64,000 nucleotides of DNA from Podospora anserina. Its lineage: Eukaryota. The stretch lies in the NCBI GenBank assembly GCA_017654855.1, contig CM030333.1, positions 4,960,001-5,024,000 of the forward strand. The letters are read 5' to 3'. The notes below the pieces were generated by a model. That model was given only the letters and a program-made list of their open reading frames with translations. It did no database searches and was not told the DNA's origin. This document shows, piece after piece, positions 25,237 to 38,031 of the stretch. How positions within the stretch are numbered: the stretch's first letter is position 1; every line of letters begins with the position of its first letter. The position numbers and the translations under genes were made by a program.

Positions 25237-26377
25237 ATGGAAAGAACACCAGACTTTTCGGCAATCCCTGTCATTGATCTGTCCCGCTGTTATGATCCAA
25301 GCACAAGGCCTGAGCTTTTAGCCGACCTTCGCCATATGTTGACCGACGTGGGGTTTCTGTACCTCATCAATCACCGTCTTTCCGACGTTACCAATGCAAT
25401 CATTGACATTCTGCCACAGCTTTTTGCTCTTTCGCCTGAGCAAAAGTGTGAAGTAGCACTTATAAACTCACCCCATTTCCTTGGCTACAGCGGTGAAGCA
25501 ACCGAGACAACAGCAGGCCAACCTGATATGAGGGAGCAGTTTGAGTTTGCAACGGCGTCATCCGATGTCTGGGAAGATGGAGGTAGAAAGGGTCCATTAT
25601 TCCAACGGCTTCAGGGCCCTAATCAGGTACGTAGTCTGCCAGGTGAAATCTTCATTGTACCTTAGTAACAAGACTTCAAAGTGGCCCAGAGTCTCATCCA
25701 AAATTAGAGGAGCCATAACCTCGTACATATCCTCTCTCTCAGACCTATCCATAACCTTTCTGTCATTGGTTGCTGAAGCTCTCAATCTCTCGCCCGATAG
25801 CTTTGATCACTTCCTCTCAAACTTCAACCGTCTCAAACTCATCAGATACCCCCCGCCTAATTCAACCAGGGATACCAAAACCCAAGGTGTAGGCCCCCAC
25901 AAAGATTCCTCAGGCTGGTTCACGTTCCTTCTCCAAGCCTCTGGGCCAGATGTCAAAGGCCTTCAAGTCTTGAACAACAACGGCGACTGGATCGACGTCG
26001 CACCGATCGAGGGAAGCCTCGTGGTGAACATTGGCCAGGCCTTCGAAGTAGTCACGCACGGTGTATGCAAAGCCACAGTTCACCGTGTCATTCTGGACCG
26101 CCTGAGAGAAGGTAGATACAGCGCCGCATTCTTTCAGGGGATCAGAGGGAGCCTGACCAGGACGGAGGCGACAGAGACATTGAGACATCACTTTGAAGGA
26201 TGGGACGCAAAGGGCAAGCCTGCAGCGATCGCAGCACAAGACGTTGAGTCGCCCTTTTTGAGGGGAAAATATGAAACGTGGGGGGAGAGCCAGCTAAGAA
26301 CGAAGATTAGGAGTCATCAGGATGTTGGGAGGAGGTGGTATCAGGAAGTTTGGGATGGATACATGGAGGATGTATAA
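25237..26377 (+). CDS. 2-oxoglutarate/Fe(II) dioxygenase, isopenicillin N synthase-like family
   Basis: IPVIDLS...GFLYLINH N-terminal domain, HKD, TVHRV and RYS motifs. Intron 25627-25681 (GTACGT...AAG). Confidence 0.92.
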
Positions 26378-26542
26378 AGAAGCTTCAGGAGAGTCATTAT
26401 TCCTACCAGGTATTTATATTCCCCAATCGATATCGGGTATACCACGTAAAGCCATAGTGGCTCGATCACGGCCTGTATAGACAAGTCCAAAAACCAAAAG
26501 CAAAATCCCATACCCACATCTCAGCTATTACTGAGTAGGTAG

Positions 26543-27481
26543 CTACCTTCTTCTTAACCGGCTTTGCCAGTAACCGAGAGTCTTTATCCGCTCCTCAATC
26601 CTCTTTTCCAACTCCTCCTCCCATTCTGGGTATTCGTCATCGCCACGCTCTTGAGATCTGGCGTCCTCCATCGTGTCTGAGAAAATGTCCCTCGCAATAC
26701 AAAGCGGGCATGCAACCCGATAGCCGCACCCTACCCTCTCAAAATACCAAGCATGTCTCGCCGGGCCCGGGCATCGACCACCGGGGCATGTAAACCGTCC
26801 TCCACCACATACCCAGCGGTTTCCATTATCCACACACGAAATGACATCAGGTACGGTGAGGTCGAAATACAGACCCGATGGGGCAGAAGTTGAGCTGGGG
26901 CTGATGCTGACATCAAAAATTTGATCTGGAAGCTCAACAAGTGTAGGAATCCTGGTGGTGGAGGCGTAGGGTAAACCAGAATTCTTATCCCAGTCGTCTT
27001 CCTTGACCTCCTGTGTGTTGATCTGAGCTGCCCTTTCCGCTGTGGTGCATTGTAAATACCACTCAAAATCACCAACACTTTGAGGATTGGGAAGCCTTCC
27101 AGCGAGAACCTTTCCGTTGTTGTAGAAGTCGGGAATAGGGTACGGCTCATATGGTAGTTCGAACTTTTGGCCGACGCAACGGGCAACCGTTGTGTTCACG
27201 TTGTCGGAGACTACAGCGTTGATGGACTGAATCTTGACGAAACAATACTTCGGATCCCGGAGAGCTGCCGCCTGTGTCTCGTCCAAAATCATCGACCAGA
27301 GTTCGGGCGGAAATGATAGGTCGCGCTGTCTGGACTTGATACAGTGAGATCCATTGCGGCTGATCAGGTCTTCGATCCAGTTAACAGTGGCAAGTTCGGT
27401 ACTGAGGAACATAAGTTGATCCTTCAGGGAGTCGGGGCTCTTTGACATAGAGCTGATGCTCGCATGGTCGAGGAGTTTCAT
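26543..27481 (-). CDS. Hypothetical protein with an F-box-like segment and a Cys-rich C-terminus
   Basis: Intronless 312-codon ORF with LSFPPELWSMIL and CGGGRFTCPGGRC...CGYRVACPLC. TATA-like element upstream. Confidence 0.7.
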   Translation of the reverse strand: MKLLDHASISSMSKSPDSLKDQLMFLSTELATVNWIEDLISRNGSHCIKSRQRDLSFPPELWSMILDETQAAALRDPKYCFVKIQSINAVVSDNVNTTVARCVGQKFELPYEPYPIPDFYNNGKVLAGRLPNPQSVGDFEWYLQCTTAERAAQINTQEVKEDDWDKNSGLPYASTTRIPTLVELPDQIFDVSISPSSTSAPSGLYFDLTVPDVISCVDNGNRWVCGGGRFTCPGGRCPGPARHAWYFERVGCGYRVACPLCIARDIFSDTMEDARSQERGDDEYPEWEEELEKRIEERIKTLGYWQSRLRRR

Positions 27482-28095
27482 GGTAGAAGAAAGGTGCAAT
27501 GGTTGTCTGTTAATTGGATTGTGTGACTGAAACTTGCTTGAGGTGAAGAGAAAAGAAAAAGCAAATGCAGAAGGTTACCTGGTGTAAAAAGGAGGTTTTA
27601 TAGTGAGGAACTGGAGAGCACACTCAAGCCACCACAAGGAGGCAGCATCAGTTGAGAAAAGGCTTACCTGGAAAAGTCGCAACAATTGGGGCAACCAGCT
27701 TTTGCATGATCACCAGCATCTCTTTAAAGTTTGAAGCACGGAAACACCACAAAGAGCACCTTGAATCCGAGCGATGAGTTCAATGCCACTTAACGCACTT
27801 GCTACCTCAGTTTAGACGTCCACCGGGGGTGGCCGCGTGTGCTGCACAAGGTATCTTAGGTAATAGTCCACTGGAAACAGTGGTAATGCGAGACGCCATT
27901 CAGAATTGTCATCGGCCTGAGAAAGAGGCGGTCAGACCCTAACCCTTGCCCTCTCATCTGTTTGTTTTGTTGGCTTACATAACGAAGGCCATTGGTGCAC
28001 TTCACAAATTTTGGGCACACTGCCCCACAGCACATATCATGACATGTCACTCACTGTTCAGGTTCGCATATTCATAATCCAAAAACTGCCTCAAG

Positions 28096-28992
28096 ATGAT
28101 CAGTCAAGCACCCTCCCCATCTGGGACTCAACCACATCTCATCCCCCCACCCACACCAGTCATCACCGCCTCCACATCCGGGAACATCCGTCATGAATGG
28201 CCCGCAATAGGACTCACCCTCGTCCACGAATTCATCTCCCCAGCCGAAGAACAAGAGATGATCTCTGCCTTCCACGCCATCTCCCCCCTAAGCCCGGCCG
28301 ATTCAAAAAGACGAATAAGCCAACATTTCGGTCACCACTTCGATTACACCACCTTTGGAATCGACGAGTCAAAGCACAGCCCTGTCCCAGCTTATATCAC
28401 AAACTTTCTCGACAGGCTACCGGTCGACACTGATGGGAAGGAAGCAGGACGAAAGCCGGACCAGTTCACCGTGCAATACTACCCTCCAGGCGCCGGCATC
28501 CCGCCACACGTGGATACCCACAGCATGTTCGGGGAGGCGCTGTACAGCCTGAGTTTTGGGAGTGGGGTGCCGATGATTTTCAGGATGAGCGGGGAGAACG
28601 AGGCGAGGAAGTTGAGGCTGCCCAAGAGGTCACTGCAGGAGTCTTCAGATGGTAATGTGAATGGGAAAGTAGGGGGAGAGATACTCGACAAAGCTGAAGG
28701 AGTCGTTGTACACCCGGCTTGGGAGCTTATGCTGCCGGCGAGGTCACTTCTTGTCATGAGGGGGGCTTCGAGGTATGGGTATACGCATGGGATTCGACCT
28801 AGAAAAACGGATGCGGTGGATGGAATCACGGTAAAAAGGGAAGGGAGGTATTCAATAACCATGAGGAGTGTCAGGAGGGGCGAGGAGATTGGCTGTGACT
28901 GCCTGTTTCCGGGGGTTTGCGACGCCCGTGTGAGACAAGAGCAGGAAGCTGCGTTAAGGGCTGGGGGTATCAAAAAGGCAGAAGCCCAATAA
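28096..28992 (+). CDS. AlkB-family 2OG-Fe(II) dioxygenase (ALKBH8-like catalytic domain only)
   Basis: PDQFTVQYYPPGAGIPPHVDTH, SLSFGS, LPARSLLVMRGASRYGYTHGI, RYSITMR, followed by CDC...CD. Confidence 0.9.
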   Translation: MISQAPSPSGTQPHLIPPPTPVITASTSGNIRHEWPAIGLTLVHEFISPAEEQEMISAFHAISPLSPADSKRRISQHFGHHFDYTTFGIDESKHSPVPAYITNFLDRLPVDTDGKEAGRKPDQFTVQYYPPGAGIPPHVDTHSMFGEALYSLSFGSGVPMIFRMSGENEARKLRLPKRSLQESSDGNVNGKVGGEILDKAEGVVVHPAWELMLPARSLLVMRGASRYGYTHGIRPRKTDAVDGITVKREGRYSITMRSVRRGEEIGCDCLFPGVCDARVRQEQEAALRAGGIKKAEAQ

Positions 28993-29962
28993 GGATCACC
29001 AATAAAGTATTCACCGGCCAGTCAAGACCGGCAAACGGACACAATCCAATGGAAGATGCAAGACAAATGCTGCTATTGTCATTCGTGGGAGAGTCTTGGC
29101 AAGGATTGGCAGATACCCTTGATACATCCAATTCACAAACGGCCCTCAATCGTCCTGGTAAGACCATGCTCCTCATTATTCCTCCCGCCAGCTGCTGATG
29201 AAGGGAAGTAATACGGCAAAACATTTCGCCATGATCAAGACTAACCAACTGCTCGACAACAGTTGTGCCCTTCCAGCAGGAGATAGCAGCAGAGTGAAGC
29301 TCCAGGTTGAACACGCCATATCCCCAGGCCATCTCACAATACCTGCATGCACTCAACACAACCCAACCCCGCAGATTTGAGCTCAACATCAACTGCATCC
29401 AACACCGGCTCGAAATTGCCACGGCCAATGGCGCCATCTCCAAACAGGGCCGTTGAAGGCTGCCTATACGACACCCGAGCATTTGGGACCAACACCCTCG
29501 TGTAGCCTCCCCCAATATCAAGAACACCATCTCCGTGGACCAGCATCAACAGGATTATCAATCCGCATGTACGGTACCGACTCGGCAGCCCCCCACGGTT
29601 TGGTGGTTGCCAGCGGGAACATATCGAGGTCTGGTCCCCTACATTTGCCATCAACATTGACGTTGTCGCCATCAGCCAAGGGTGGTATCACAGACAGTCA
29701 CCCAACCAGAGCCCAGATGAATACAATGGCGGAAGATCTTGGCCATTTGACATTATCGTTCTGGATTCACTGGCACCTTCACACCTGCTTCGAGGTGCAT
29801 CCGAGGAGTGACACATGGGGGCCGGATTTTCCACGGCCACGGCAGTAATATAAAATATGGAGATGTTTAAAAGTTACACAACCGCTCCAGATGCACATCA
29901 GCGATAATCTATGGATACACCGTCAGAGGGCTTCATTTTCAACCTTGTTGCTTCTCTCCATC

Positions 29963-31925
29963 ATGGCACCCAGCGGAGACTCAGACACCAAGGACAAGAT
30001 TCAGTCCTCGACCGCACTCGCCTCGTCCATCGAAACAGCCTCCAAGTCGTCCAGGTCATCAACCAACGAAAAAGAAAAGGAATCGCCAGAGGCTATCCGT
30101 CAACGCATTCTTGACCAAGAGGCCGAGTTCCGCGCCTCTCAAAAGCCCACAACCAACCTTGCCTCGTTCTGGTCCTGGAAGAAAAGTGAGAGCCGCCGCC
30201 CCGAAGATATTGCCACCCAGCCTTCTGTCTTCGACAACCCCGAACTCGCCCCGTATTTCCAGCCGACCGAGCGCTATGAGAATCGTCACCGCTTTGATCC
30301 CTCCTTCAAGTGGACTTGGGCAGAGGAGATTCCGTTGATCAGAAAGATAGATTGGAAAGTCACCGCGTGGAGTTGCGTTGCCTTTTTCGCCTTGGATTTG
30401 GACAGGAGCAATATCTCACAAGCCAACACGGACAACTTCCTGGACGACCTGGGGTTGGACACCAATGACTACAACTTGGGCCAGACTGTGTTCCGAATCA
30501 GTTTCCTGTTGGCCGAGTTGCCTTCGCAACTGATCAGTAAGAAGATTGGTCCTGATCGATGGATTCCAGCTCAGATGGTTCTCTGGAGTATCGTGAGTGC
30601 GGCACAGTTTTGGCTCAAAGGACGATCATCCTTTTTGGCAACGAGAGCATTGATTGGATTGCTCCAAGGCGGCTTTATTCCCGATGTGATCCTGGTTTGT
30701 CTCCCACTCTTCCGGTTCTGGGTCCGTCATGATAGGTACTGACCACTGTCTATTAGTACATGTCCTACTTCTTCAAAGGCACAGAACTTCCTTTCCGCCT
30801 GGCGCTGTTTTGGATGGCAAATCGATTAACAGATGTCATATCCCCCCTATTGGCATACGGACTCCTGAGACTGAGAGGATATCATGGATATGAAGGGTGG
30901 CGGTGGCTATTCCTCCTGGAGGGCATTCTGACACTGGTGATCGGTATTTGGTCCTACTTCCAGATGGTACCTTCACCAACGCAGACCAAAGCTCCCTGGC
31001 GCAAGAAGGGATGGTTCACGGAACATGAAGAGAAAATCATGGTCAATCGTATACTGAGGGACGATCCTTCCAAGAGTGACATGCATAACCGGCAAGCCAT
31101 CACTTTCAAGCTACTTTGGTACGTCGCTTGCTGTCCCTCGCTTGTTTGTGACCGGGGGTACCATGACTGACTGATTTTGACTCCAGGGAATCTCTTTGTG
31201 ACTTTGACTTATGGCCAATCTACCTCATCGGCCTTACTTTCTCCATGCCTGCCGGCCCACCGGATCAATACTTGACTTTGACGCTCCGGCAGTTGGGTTT
31301 CGATACGTTTGACTCCAACCTGCTCAGCATCCCTTGCCAAATCACCTGCACCATCAGTGTTCGTTACCCCACTAATGCCCTCTAATACTCAGGCAACGGC
31401 TAACGTAACCAGATGCTCCTCATCACATATCTGTCCGAGAAGCTGAACCAAAGGGCCTTCATGGGAGTGGTGATGCAAGTGTGGCTTCTGCCATGTGTTG
31501 TAGCCCTCTATCTGCTACCAGCCGACGCATCAAGATGGGCAGCATACGCCGTCGTCACGGTATTGCTGTCCTATCCTTCCACTCACGCGATGCAAGTGGG
31601 ATGGTGCAGCAGAAACAGCAATACCGTGCGCACACGTACCGTCTCTGCTGCGCTTTACAACATGGCAGTCCAAACCAACAGTATCATATCCTCCAACATT
31701 TACCGACGAGACGACCGACCGGAATACCGACGTGGTAACAGGGCCCTGATTGGCATTGCAAGCATGAATATTGTCAATTACCTGCTGGTCAAGGCTTATT
31801 ACGTATGGAGAAACAAGAAGCGAGACGAAACCTGGGACAGGATGAGCCAAGAGGAGCGGCGGAATTACTTGGCTACCACGACGGACAAGGGAAGCAAGAG
31901 ACTGGACTTTAGATTCGCACATTAG
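29963..31925 (+). CDS. MFS transporter, allantoate permease (Dal5/ACS) family
   Basis: [34 protein letters not shown]-terminal RLDFRFAH. Three short introns (~30695-30756, ~31119-31186, ~31359-31412). Confidence 0.92.
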
Positions 31926-32437
31926 TCAAGAGAGACGGGGCTGAGACGGGATTGCTGTACCCTGGAAATGTAATAGCTCGGTGTAGGGAACTCTCGGACG
32001 TCAGACTGCTCAACGAATGACCATGAGAGCTGATGTTATTTTACCCCGCTTATAATTCGGCAGTCAAGTGCATCACTTGAAGTTTAATCTCACACATAAC
32101 TGGAAGTGGGGGACTTAACATAGGGCAGGAGCACAAAGAAGTGGACTGCCGGGCTGTTCCTTGCTTCCCTTTGCGTGCCGCTTAGACCGTCTTGTGGCAA
32201 GAACAAGGAAAAGTCGACAATGCCTTTGTTGGGACAAGAATAGGTTTCTGACCCTCAAGCTGTAAGCATTAAAGACGGGCTTTTGCTCCCATTGGCATCT
32301 TCTCTTAGATTCCCTTCATCCTCACAAAAACCTTTCTCTCACAACAAGTAAGACGGAGGCAGAAAGCACTAACAACAACATTCAACACGTCATCCTCACT
32401 CACCATTGGTAAGCTTTTCATCCATCCACTCTTCAAA

Positions 32438-33190
32438 ATGAAGCCAAATAATAACGATGATATAGACTGGTTGGACCTCGTAGCATCCCGGCCCTGCTCC
32501 GTCACCCCAAGCGAATCCGCCAGCCAGGTTCACACACGGCGGCCCCCCGCAACTCGGGGCAGCAGCAGCACCAATAACAACCGCCGCTCCTCTTCCTCCC
32601 TCCGCCCCATCCAAGAAGAGGAAATCCGCCTCTTTTCCACCACCCAATCTCAACTCCGCGAGGCAACCTCCCGGCAAGGACACCCCAGCAGGTTACCACC
32701 CATCCCCGAATTCCAAGAATCACCCTCCAACCCCCTCGTCCGGAGCGACGACAACCTCATCCCCCTCGACGACGCCATCGAGCGGCTGCGGGACTGCAAA
32801 GCCCGTCTCGCCACCACGCACGAAGGCTGGTTGCTAGCAGCCAAAGCCCTCATCCGCGCTGACCTCGTTCCTGCCAACCAAGCCCTGTCTGTTGAGCTTA
32901 AACGCTTTGGGGACGCCATCTGCGAGCGGTACGCCGCTGCGACGTTTCTGTGGAACACGCTTTTGGGTTTGGACCCAAAGGAGTGGTTGGCGAGGGGGAA
33001 GGCGTTTGATACTTCGCTTAGGAGGATCAGGACGCTGAGGGGGCTGGAGGGGAGCTTGTGGTATTGGGAGAGCTTGACGCTGAGGCTGCTGGAGCTGGTG
33101 GATAGGGAGAATGAGAGGATTCGGAGGAGGGAGGGAGAGATTGGGGAGGTTTTGGGACGGTGGGGGAGGGGGATGCCTTCTAGGCCTTGA
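32438..33190 (+). CDS. Hypothetical protein
   Basis: Intronless 250-codon ORF, good start context (caaaATG), low-complexity N-terminus (SVTPSESASQ) and helical C-terminus. Confidence 0.7.
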   Translation: MKPNNNDDIDWLDLVASRPCSVTPSESASQVHTRRPPATRGSSSTNNNRRSSSSLRPIQEEEIRLFSTTQSQLREATSRQGHPSRLPPIPEFQESPSNPLVRSDDNLIPLDDAIERLRDCKARLATTHEGWLLAAKALIRADLVPANQALSVELKRFGDAICERYAAATFLWNTLLGLDPKEWLARGKAFDTSLRRIRTLRGLEGSLWYWESLTLRLLELVDRENERIRRREGEIGEVLGRWGRGMPSRP

Positions 33191-33547
33191 AATCAGGGGC
33201 TGATGAGGAGGGGCGTGTCTTGTCTTTTCCGTGGCCGTTGAGTGCTTACCTTGCCTACATAATTGTGAAAGTATAATCCCATAAAGTTTTTGACGTTTAT
33301 TACCTGTGCATCATGACAATCATCTGTGATACCTTTCGTGACTCGTATTTTGAACATGTTATTGGACCCCCTTTCGACCCCCTTGTTATGGACCAGGCAG
33401 CACTGACAAGAGGCGGGTTCGGGGAGTTTGTTTGTTCCTAACCAATCACAAGTCGCCAGTGACATTCCTCCTCCCCATTGCCCCACCATGCATGATCCGG
33501 CATCATTGCCGGACGAGGTTCTCTCGTCAACTCTTGCAACGATTGCA

Positions 33548-34238
33548 ATGAACAGATTCCTCATATCAACATCTCTTCGTTCGGTACGCAGCTTTCCAAA
33601 ATCCAGGACAATCCGACCTCACCAATTGCACACCTACTCCCTCCGCAAAATGTCCACAGACACTCCTGTCCCAGCGCCCTGGCACGCCGCCTACCCCGCC
33701 CCCTCTTCTCAAACCGTCTTCATCCCCCGTGACGAGGTCTTGTCCATTCTCGCCAACGGGAGAAAAGATACCGTGCTGGTTGACCTGAGAAGAAACGACT
33801 TTGAGGTAGGTGTTTCCCATTTGCATCCTTTTTCGCCGCATGAGATCACGACGCTGAGATAAACAAGGGCGGTACAATCCGTGGCTCCATCAACCTCCCT
33901 GCTCAAAGCCTCTATCCGACTCTGCCAACGGTGTACTCCACCCTCAAGGCTGCCGGGCTCAAAAAGGTCATCTTTTATTGTGGTAAGCCTTCACGAGGTC
34001 GCTCTGTCTTTGAAATGCCCCCCCAGATTGCTGAACGCTATGGACAGGCTCATCGACAGGTAGAGGGAGCAGAGCAGCCAGTTGGCTGGCGGACTATATC
34101 TCGTCCCAAAACGACAGCGAGATGCAGAGTCTTGCTCTGGGGGGTGGGATTAAGGGGTGGGCTGCCGCGGGGCCAGAGTATGTCAAGTGGATGGACGAGT
34201 ACGATGAGAAGGTCTGGGCCAAGTACAGCACCACTTAG
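33548..34238 (+). CDS. Rhodanese-fold Cdc25-like phosphatase / Acr2-type arsenate reductase
   Basis: LVDLRRNDFEGGTIRGSINLPAQSLY, CX5R loop YCGSSTGRG, LGGGIKGW. Introns ~33806-33867 and ~33983-34047. Second ATG at 33650. Confidence 0.88.
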
Positions 34239-34245
34239 ACAGAGG

Positions 34246-36596
34246 CTACACAGCTTGCTTGCCTTCCACCAACGCATCAGAACTCGAGTTTCGTGATTTT
34301 GACCTCAAGCTCCACCCATCAGGTCCCCTGCGTCTCAGCCGGTCCGTGGTGCCCCGCCACAGTGTGCGTAGGTCATGGTACACAACACCGGCAATGTCCC
34401 ATTTGTCGGCTAGCCAGATGAGGGAAATGGCGAGAACATAGGTGATGACGCACACGATGATGGTTGATGTCTTGAATCGCTCCACGGTTTCCTCTTGAGA
34501 CTCGGCTTCGAAGAGTGGGGTGCCAAACAGGGCCTGTGTCATGTCAGCAAGCTGCTGAGCGAGAGCTTGGCATGGAGGGGTACTTACAGAGGTGAAGCTA
34601 GGGGGTAGGTACAAAACAGTCATGATGGTGAAAACAATGACATATCGGTTCATTGTAGTCGCCCTCGAGGCTTCCCGGAGAGAGGTTGCGTTGAACAGCT
34701 GCAGCACCGTTAGCACAGGTTCGTCTACCGAGTTGCTCCAATCACCACCACTCACCCCGTCTCTCAAACTGGTAATCTCCTCCGTCTTTTCACCAATTCT
34801 TCGCAACAGCTTTTCTTCAGTTTGCTGCTGAAAGTCGAACAGAATCTTCCAGTTGTTCCAGAGCGCCTTGTCCTTGAGCGGGTCCTGTTTCAAGAAAGCC
34901 TGGACATCGTGTCCAGCGCGCCGGAAACTCCCTTGGATCAGCTTCTCGGGGTCCATCTCTTGCAAATCGCGGCCAGTTTCCCGAATGGCGTCGGCGAAGA
35001 TGCGAAGCATCTGCAGTGTCTTGAAGTACACTCTGGAGCGTTCAAAGGAAGTGTCAAACATGAGGCGGGAGCTGGTCTCATCGTCGAGAATGTCGAGGAG
35101 CTATGAGTTGACATGTTAGTAACGTGTGTGCCATGATGAGACGACCATGGCCGAGAGATACTGACAGAAGTGTTGACGTTGCTCTCCAATGCGTCCAAAC
35201 AGTGGCCCCACTCGGCTTCCCAAAACATGAGCAGACGGTGGATGCTGCTTTGGAGCAAATGATAGCCAGCATTCAGCCCCTCAACAGCAAAGTGTCTATC
35301 TCCCCAGTCGGTAAACAAGTCATTTGACACATTGATATCACCATCTTGTTGCATGGTCATAGCATCGGTCAAGGCAACAATACGGAACCCATGGGGGGGA
35401 TAAGTGTAGTCCCAGTGGCACAGAAGACTCATTCTCCGTTCGGTGAAGGAAGAGGATGAGCTTGCAAGGTGAGAGGGGAACTGGCCGGATTGTCTGACAC
35501 ATTTCGCATGAGGCCTCAAGCCAAAAATGACCTTATCAGACCTGCTGGCGGGGGAGAAACAGCGGATGGTGTGTTGGTAAGTGGTGTCCGAGTTTCCTGA
35601 CCACCCGGTGTAATTCATGCGATTGCCACGTAGGTAAAGAGGTTTCCATCCGGCACAAAACTCGTGAAGAAAGCGGTGGGCGATGCCGGTCTCGGTGTTG
35701 GGTTTGTTCAACACCACGGCGGTTATGAGTGCGAGGCGGTCAAGAGCCATCAAACCGCCGCCGAGCAAAGGAGCAGTGCAATGCCACAGCGAGCCGGGGC
35801 TGGTCAAGTGATCAGGGGCTGCCATTGCTGAGGCGATGGGCTTCCAGTCCTTGTCAAAGACGGACCTCGCCGTCACCAGCTTCTGTGCTGGCCCTTGGCC
35901 AGAGTAAAACAGTGGACATCCAATGATGGCTCCCTCTAGGGCAGGACTCTTGCCGATGATCCATCCTGTCTCACGAGAGTGAGAAAAGGTCAAAGCATCG
36001 AGATCAAACCTTGAACCCCATTGCTTGGTGACATTAGAGACCTGAGATGCGTCCATGAGGACTCGGTGAACGGGGTCCAACTTGTTCGGTCTTTCCCAGT
36101 TCCAGTATATCTCTGTGAGCGGCCCGGAGTGGTTGTCTCGTAATGATACAAAAATGGGGACGTATGCACCGGGGCCATACTCTCCTTGGTGGCCTTCCCT
36201 TGGCTTGTGTGAGATGCGTTCCTCGATGAAGCTGCGAATGAATCTCTTGATGTTCGAGGGGTCCGCGGGACTGAATGACTGGTGCGCAATGTCACGGACC
36301 AACTCTCGAACTTTCATCTTGACCAGATCCGGGTCACTGTTGGAGGTGGTCTCTCTTGACAGTTGAGAAACCGGCGATGCGGGCACATCCGGCTTGTGAG
36401 CGGCCAACATGAGCTTGAGAAGCCGGTTGGTCTCTTGCATCTCGCGAAAGAGATCAGAGATGGATGGGGAGTTGTCTGATGGTATTCCTGGTGTATCTGG
36501 CGCTGCGGCATACATGACTGTCGGGCCAGACTGTCCCTTGCTACTGGAGACATGTTGGCTGGTGTCATCTTCGCTTTCTGATGAAGGAGGCGGCAT
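34246..36596 (-). CDS. Fungal CorA-like domain membrane protein
   Basis: C-terminal LRDGLFNATSLREA...NRYVIVFTIMTVLYLPPSF..ALFG plus a second TM helix. Three short introns. Confidence 0.8.
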
Positions 36597-37173
36597 ACTG
36601 GATATCGTCAGAAACTGAGGAGAGGATATGTTGCAAGAGACTCTCATTCCAGGCACATGTCGCCTCTATTTAGGGAATGGATCTGAGAGTGAAGCTGGCG
36701 GCTTGGCCCCCATCGTGCATGAGAAAGGATTCAAGGGGCTCGTCGCTGAAAGCCAATTGGTCATGTTTGTTTTATTTGGGGCCATCCTGTCGTAAGTGAT
36801 GCGCTGGCTGTTGGAATGAGTTCACACCGGGCGACTTTCGGCGGACGAAGTAGCTAGGGTGTGTATTAACTCGCGTGGCTTTGCTGTTGAAGATAGCTAT
36901 GGCTCGGGTCGACGATAAGAGAAGAGGTGAAGCAAGTGCCAAACGGCACTTTTGGGGGATGGAACTGCCAGAGGACAAGCGCCCAGTACATGACCCCACC
37001 ATTACCCACTGCCTGCAGGGTTCACAGCTGAAACAAGGGGCCAGAGCTTCCGCCAAGCCACTGTAGCGACCCCACGCAGGTACCTTGACGGAACACCGCC
37101 AAATCCCAAAACCTGGAACCCAAACATCAACATTCCTGTCAAATACCAAGACACACCTCCAGCAGCAGCCAAC

Positions 37174-37885
37174 ATGTCGCGCCGTCCGCCGAGAGGAGAA
37201 TACATTGAGACCGTATGTCAATGACCTCGAAGCATCGGGATGAGGAATCTAGACTCACATTGCGTAGGACACGGGCAACAAGGTCGCTCGCAAAGCTACC
37301 CTCGTCGGTACCCAAAACATTATGCTCGGTGGGAAGACAGTCATCCAGCCCGAAGTCATGATCCGTGGCGACCTGGTCCGATCGATCCAATCCTCCTCCA
37401 GCAGCAGCAGCAGCGGAACACCGAACAACACGGCTGTAGCAATTGGCCGCTATTGTTTCCTCAGCCGAGCCTCGTGTTTACGCCCGCCAGGCCGATTCTA
37501 TAAGGGGTACTGTGCCACCATATAGCTTGCTACACTATAAATCTCTAACTTGTCCCTTCTACGCAGTGCTTTCACATACATGCCCCTACGGATGGGTGAC
37601 CACGTCTTTGTCGGGCCCTCGTCTGTTATCCAAGCCGCGTCGATCGGAAGCCACGTACACATCGGAGCGAGAGTGGTGGTGGGCGAGTTTGCCATTATCA
37701 AAGATTACGTACGGGTGCTGGACGAAACTGTCATTCCGCCCAACATGGTCATCCCAAGCTTCTCCATTGTGGCAGGACAGCCGGCAAGAGTGATTGGGGA
37801 AGTGCCAGAAGGCGGCCACGAGGCGTTTGAGCTGAGAGATTTGTACAAAACAGTTGGCAACAACCCACAGCCGCCCGCGTCCTGA
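37174..37885 (+). CDS. DCTN5: Dynactin subunit 5 (p25)
   Basis: EYIETDTGNKVARKA..GTQNIMLGGKTVIQPEVMIRGDL, IGRYCFL, LRPP, left-handed beta-helix repeats. Two introns. Confidence 0.95.
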
Positions 37886-38031
37886 AACGCCAGACCCGAA
37901 TAACCAGTTGACGATTTACGGTTTATTACGATTTACGACTACAGACAGAGAAGTGTATTATCGGTGCAAGACAGAAGCAATCAGTTCGGGATAGTGGAAA
38001 GCTTGTGATCTGTAACACCAGGCTTCTCCAG

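Noticed and set aside
29000..29850. Short overlapping ORFs between the AlkB and MFS genes
   Set aside because: No recognisable motif or consistent exon structure.
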